A program made the translations under genes and the position numbers. The notes beneath the pieces were generated by a model. It saw only the letters and a program-made list of their open reading frames with translations, was not told the origin of the DNA and ran no database searches. From contig CBDESU010000002.1 of NCBI GenBank assembly GCA_965242695.1, forward strand, positions 1,568,001-1,632,000: DNA of 64,000 bases, given 5' to 3'. Positions 58,321 through 64,000 of the stretch are shown here, in pieces. This stretch comes from Cenarchaeum sp. (GTDB taxonomy: Archaea; Thermoproteota; Nitrososphaeria; Nitrososphaerales; Nitrosopumilaceae). The stretch's first letter is position 1, and every line of letters begins with the position of its first letter.

Positions 58321-59511
58321 CTAGAGGAACGGTATGCTCAGCGACGAGGGCAGCGGCGCGCAGAGGACGGCAAGCCCGACTATCGCGGCGTACGCATACG
58401 CGCGGCTGCGCGGAAGCGGAGATACGTCGTCGAGCGGCCTTGCCGACATGCCGCGCATGCTCAGCGCGAGTATGAGTATGGCCATGAACCAGTAGCCGAG
58501 CACGACAAGGACTCCCATGCTCGCGTACGTGGCGTACCTGTGCCGGTCGTGGCCGAGCAGCGTGCGGGCCATGTGACCGCCGTCGAGCTGCCAGGCGGGC
58601 AGCATGTTGAGGAACGTGACGAGGAACCCGATCCACGCGGCGAACAGGACGGGCGTGAGGAGCACCTCGCTTCCGGGGCCGCCCTTGCCGAACGCGGCGA
58701 GCGCCGCCGTCATGAGCAGCGGCTCGCCCTGCCCCCACTCCTGCAGGGCCGCCCGGCCGTCGGGGCCCGGGGCGGACAGCTCTGGGGGTATGACGGGCGC
58801 CTCGTACGCGCCGTACAGGGCGACCAGCACGGCGACGGCAAGGCCGGCGACGGGCCCCGCGATCGCAATGTCGAAGAGTATTACCCTGTTGACGGTGAGG
58901 CCCCTTGACCGTATGAACGCGCCGAACGTCGGTATGCCGTACACGGGTATGCCGGGTATGAAGAACGGCCAGGACGTCCTGACGCCGTGCCACCTAGAGG
59001 CGGCAAGGTGCCCCGCCTCGTGGACGCCGAGTATGCCGAGCAGCGAGGCGGTGTACACGACGGCCGACCCGAGCGGATCGCCGATGTGCAGCACGGTGTT
59101 TGCGGCGACCGTGCGGTAGTACCCGTCGACCATTACGAACGCGACGACGGCGGCAAACAGCAGGCGCGCCACGAGCGACTCGGACATGCCGAGCCAGCGG
59201 TGGGTCTTCCTGGGCACTACGTACGCCATCACGTACAGGCTGCCGCCGCTCACGGCCGTGCTGCATGCGACGTCCATTCGCTCCAGGCGGCGGGCGAGCG
59301 CGGCAAAGTCGTCCCTAAAGCCGGGGCCGGGCCGGTCGGGCGTGCCGGCGAGCCTGAACTGGATGACGTCGGGGCGCGGCTTTACCTCTTCGACGTCGAG
59401 GGCGGCGGTGACGATCTCTACGACCTCGTCGGCCGACGGGTCGCTCACGGGAGGCGCCCCCTGATGCGGGATCCCTGCGGCGGCGCCGGCCCGCGGGCCT
59501 CTGGCGCCCAT
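58321..59511 (-). CDS. Site-2 protease (peptidase M50)
   Basis: HEAGH, PFFIP, TFGA, AGPVAG, NMLPAWQLDGGH. Confidence 0.92.
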   Translation of the reverse strand: MGARGPRAGAAAGIPHQGAPPVSDPSADEVVEIVTAALDVEEVKPRPDVIQFRLAGTPDRPGPGFRDDFAALARRLERMDVACSTAVSGGSLYVMAYVVPRKTHRWLGMSESLVARLLFAAVVAFVMVDGYYRTVAANTVLHIGDPLGSAVVYTASLLGILGVHEAGHLAASRWHGVRTSWPFFIPGIPVYGIPTFGAFIRSRGLTVNRVILFDIAIAGPVAGLAVAVLVALYGAYEAPVIPPELSAPGPDGRAALQEWGQGEPLLMTAALAAFGKGGPGSEVLLTPVLFAAWIGFLVTFLNMLPAWQLDGGHMARTLLGHDRHRYATYASMGVLVVLGYWFMAILILALSMRGMSARPLDDVSPLPRSRAYAYAAIVGLAVLCAPLPSSLSIPFL

Positions 59512-59673
59512 GCCGCCGGCCGCCCTCCAGCCCCGCGCACTCCCATGACGGCCGGCCCCAAAGAGGCCCTATTCAAAATGTAGTGGTTTGCGGGGCCGCC
59601 TGCCCGCCCGGGGCGCGGCACGGGAATCGCGCGCCAAGAAATGGTTATAGGCAAGTGCATGCGCCGCGGTGCG

Positions 59674-62600
59674 ATGGCGGGCGCCCTCGTGCACGCGGCC
59701 GGCGTTGCCGCCCTTGCATGCCTTGCGGCGCTGGCCGCCGCAGCCGCGCTGCCTGATGCGGCGCATGCCCAGGGACCGCCGGACTCGGATGCGCCGTCGA
59801 TCGTCTCGGTCGACGCGACAAGGGTCTTGACGGGGCCGGACTCGTCGGCCGTGTACGTCTCGGTCATGTTCAACGAGACGGTGCGCGTGCAGCCCGATCC
59901 CGACTCGGCGCCGCCGGCAGTGCGGGTTGTGGTGGCGGGCGAGCCGGCGGAGGCCGCATACGCGTCGCTGTCAAGCGACAACAAGACGGTCGTGTTCAGG
60001 TACGACTCGAACCAGGCAGGGAGCGGCCCGGCCGCCGGCTATGTCACGTACGCCTCTGCCATGCCGTTTGCGCTCAACAACGGCTCGATCACGGATGAGG
60101 CAGGCAACGCCGCCGACTTGGAGATGCCCCGCATAGCCGCCAGGCTGGACTCTGCCGCAGTCACGGCCGGCAACGAGATGCTCGTAGCGTACTCGATGCC
60201 CGCGTATGCATCGCCGTCGGACTATGCGAACCTGACGCTCGTGCCGGGCGGGCCGCGGACGGTCACGGCGGTGGCCGGCAACGGGACGACCGAGCATGTC
60301 CTTACGTTCGGCGGCGCGCCGGCGCCGATCGGCGCGACCGCAACAATGGACGTGGCCGAGCTTGGCGACCGCCCGCCCGCGTACTTTGCCGGCGCGTCCG
60401 GCGTGCGGGTGGACGACGGCCGCGAGGGGTTTACAATCGCCGGCTACATCGGGGATCCATTCCCCGTACCACTCCAGTCGCCGTCCGGCCTGGCCGAGGG
60501 GGCGGACGGCACGATCGTAGTCGCCGACACGCTAGGAGGCCACGTTGCCGTGTACCGCGAGGACGGCACGTTCGTCAGGGAGATGGGGACAAAGGGATAC
60601 ATCGACACCAGGCTGGTCGCAGACCCGGCCGACCAGGGCAAGATATACAGGGACCTGGGAACGCAGGGGTATGTCGACGACTCGTCGCTCGGCTTTGAGT
60701 TTTTGTCGTCAAACCGGGGGCACTCCGCCAGCCGCAGGGAATCGACGTGAGGAACGGCACCGTGTACGTCGCCGACATGCGCAACCTCCGCGTGCAGGCG
60801 CTAGACGAGGTGACCGGCAGGAGCACTCAGACGTACCAGGTGTGGGCCAATCCGTACGGCGTGGCGCTGTCCCCCGACGGCGCCACACTGGCCGTGGCCG
60901 CCTCGCCGTGGAACATAGTCAGCCTGGTCAACACGAGCGCGGCGCTGCCGACCGAACGGATTGGCGGCGGCAACGCGTCCCCCGGTAAGCCCCACTGCCC
61001 TCCCCGCCTCATGTGCGATCCGGGATTGGGCAACAACGAGCTCCGCTTCCCGCTTTCCGCCGCATTCGCCGCCAACGGCACAATGTACGTAGCCGACACA
61101 ATCAACGAGCGCATCCAGGTGTTCGCCCCGAACGGCACGTACCTGTCGTCGATTATGATGCCGCCGCTCCCGGGAGGCGAGGCCAACTCGACGGAGCGCG
61201 GCCAGCCGAACCGCCTAGACGTCATCGACGCGTCGGGGACGATACTCGTAAGCGACGGGCTTGGAAGGGCGGTCTACGAGCTCGACGGCGCCGGCGGCAT
61301 CGTCCGCCAGTTCGGCGGCCCAGACCTCTACGACCTGCCGCGGGGCGTGCTCGCGCACAGCAGCGGCATGGTCTACGTGGCAGACGGCGGCACCGACAGC
61401 ATAATCGCGTTCAACGCCGACGGCACGCTCAACGCGACGATCGTCTCTGCGCTGCACGGCCCGCTAGAGTTCGGGGCGCTGTTCGGCATTGCGGTCGAGC
61501 CCGACGGCCGGATCGTCGTCGTCGACGGCGGCAACGACCGCGTCCAGTTCGTCAGGCGGGCCGACAACGGCACGTACGTGCACGACGGGTCGTTCGGCGA
61601 GCGCGGATCGGGCGACGGCCAGATGTGGTTCCCCGCCGGCACCGCCATTGCGCCCAACGGGGACATACTCGTAGCCGACCACACCAACAACCGTGTGCAG
61701 CGGTTCGATGCCGACGGCGCGTACAAGTCGCAGTTCAACGTCACGACGGCGGACGGCCGGCAGGTGCCCCCGCGCGGGATTGCAGTGGACTCGGACGGCT
61801 CGATCTACGTCGCCTCGATCCGGATTGGCGCCATACTAAAGTTCTCGCCCGACGGCAGCCTTGTCCAGTCGCTAAACGCATCGGGCCAGCTCCGGGCGCC
61901 GACCAGCCTGGACCTGGGGCCCGACGGCTCGCTGTACGTCGTCGACGCGGACGCGGGGACGATCCGCGTCATTGATGCCGACGGCTCGCTCCTGCTCAAC
62001 GCCGGCGTGCCGGCGCAGCCGGGCTTTTACTTCCGGCCCGGGTGGCTCCAGGGCCCGCACGATGTCGCAGTCGACTCCAACGGCAGAATAATCGTCGCCG
62101 ACACGGGCCACGACCGCCTGCAGGTATTCGACCACGCCGGCGGGTTCGTCATGTCCGCCGGCACGTTCGGGTTCTGCCCGCACCCCGACTGCCTGGGGCA
62201 CGGCATCCAGTTCGACCAGCCGTTCGGGGTGGTGATGGGCCCCGACGGCCTAGTATACGTCGCCGACACGCGCAACCACCGCGTCGTCGCGCTAGAGCCG
62301 CGCGACGCCGCCGCGCCGTCCATAGTGTCCGTCGATACGACAAGGGTACTGACAGGGCCGAGCATGTCCAGCGTGTACGTCTCGGTCGTATTCGACGAGC
62401 CGATGCGCGTGTACGAGCGCCCCGACTCGGCGCCGCCGGCCGTCCGGATAGCAATCGCCGGCGAGCCCGCAGAGGCCGCGTACGAGTCGGGGTCGGGCAC
62501 CGAGACGCTCGTGTTCCGCCACGCCTCGGGCCAGCCCGGAAGCGGCCCTGCGGACGGCTATGTCACATACGCCTCGGCCATGCCGTTTGCGCTCAACAAC

Positions 62601-64000
62601 GGCTCGATCACGGATCTGGCCGGCAACAGGGCCGACCTGACAGTGCCCCGCATCGATGCAAAGATGGACTATGCGGCCCTCACGGCCGCCAACGAGATCA
62701 CCGTGGCGTACTCGATGCCCGCGTACGCCTCTCCCGCGGACTATGCGAACCTGGCACTAGAGCCGGGCGGGCCGCGCGCGGTAGTGTCGGTGGCCGGCAG
62801 CGGGACGACCGAGCACGTCGTCGCGTTCGGCGGCGCGCCGGCGCCGATCGGCGCGACCGCAGTGATGGACGTGGCCGAGCTCGCCGGCCGCCCGCCCGCA
62901 TACTTTGCCGGCGAGTCCGGCGTGCGGGTGGCCGACGGCCGCGAGGGGTTTGCGATCGTCGGCCACGTCGGGGATCCCTTCCCCGTGCAGCTCCAGGCGC
63001 CGACGGCCCTGGCAGAGGGGGCGGACGGCACAATTGTAGTCGCCGACACGCTCGGAGGCCACGTTGCCGTGTACCGCGAGGACGGCACGTTCGTAAGGGA
63101 GATGGGGACAAAGGGCTACATCGACACCGCCCTGGTCGCCGACCCTGCCGACCAGAATGCGATATACGGGGAGCTGATAGGGCGCGGGTACGTCGGCGCC
63201 TCGTCGCCGGGACTAGACTTTCTGTCGTCGAACCCCGGGGCGTTCCGCCAGCCGCAGGGGGTCGACGTTCGGGACGGCGTCGTGTACGTCTCCGACATGC
63301 GCAACCTCCGCGTGCAGGCAGTCGACGAGGTGACGGGTCGTCATATTGAGACGTACCCGACATGGTTCAACCCGTACGGCATGGCCCTGTCCCCCGACGG
63401 CGGCACCATGGCAGTGACCTCGCCGATCTGGAACCTGGTCAGCCTGGTCAACACGACCACGGGGCTGCCGCACGGCATGATCGGAGGCGGCGGCGCGGCC
63501 GGCGCCGTCCACTGCCCTCCCCGCCTTGCATGCCCGCCGGGATCGGGCGATGGCGAGTTCTGGTTCCCGCTGTCCATAGCCGTGGCCGGCGACGGCACAA
63601 TGTACGTCGCCGACACGTACAACGAGCGCATCCAGGCGTTTGCCCCGAACGGCACGCACCTGTCGTCCATTCCGATGCCGCCGCTCCCTGTAGGCGATGC
63701 CGACTCGGCGGCGCGCGGCCAGCCGTACCGCCTGGACGTCAACGACGCGGCCGGGACGATACTTGTAAGCGACGGGCTTGCAAGGACGGTCTACGAGCTG
63801 AACGGCACGGGCGGCATCGTCCGCCAGTTCGGCGGCCACGACCTCTACGACCTGCCGCAGGGCGTGCTCGCGCACAGCAGCGGCATGGTCTACGTGGCAG
63901 ACGGCGGCGCCGACAGCATAATCGCGTTCAACGCCGACGGCACGCTCAACGCGACGATCGTCTCGGCACTGCACGGCCCGCTCGAGTTTGGCTCGCTGAT
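59674..64000 (+). CDS. Large secreted Ig-like/NHL-repeat protein, apparent -1 frameshift near 60715, runs off window
   Basis: Signal peptide, LNNGSITDxAGN Ig-like unit and many NHL blades (YVADxxNxRIQVF). A second ~2.52-kb internal copy begins near 62310 and shows the intact NPGAFRQPQG reading. Confidence 0.8.

Overview
Very GC-rich archaeal chromosome segment, most likely an ammonia-oxidising Nitrososphaerota (Nitrosopumilaceae/Cenarchaeum-like, plausibly host-associated). The assignment is inferred from AOA-type nirK, PEFG-CTERM and CFI-box-CTERM proteins, archaeal rps13/rps4, an intron-containing tRNA and TATA-box promoters. Core genes (nirK, serA, nnrE, cobT, glmS, rps4, rps13, PINc-ATPase, DtxR regulator, site-2 protease, two tRNAs) alternate with accessory DNA: giant repeat-rich surface proteins, three PIN-nuclease architectures (TPR-PIN, stand-alone PIN, transmembrane PIN), a GNAT toxin-antitoxin pair, an IS5-like remnant and a sugar-modification cassette. 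The strongest novelty candidate is a module present three times (about 36.9-37.7, 38.3-39.0 and 43.5-44.3 kb). Each copy pairs a 191-aa DUF3800-like putative RNase H-fold nuclease gene with a ~72-nt structured non-coding element that shows compensatory base changes and has its own TATA box at fixed spacing. Several -1 frameshifts in homopolymers may be sequencing errors. All calls were made by eye; no searches were run.
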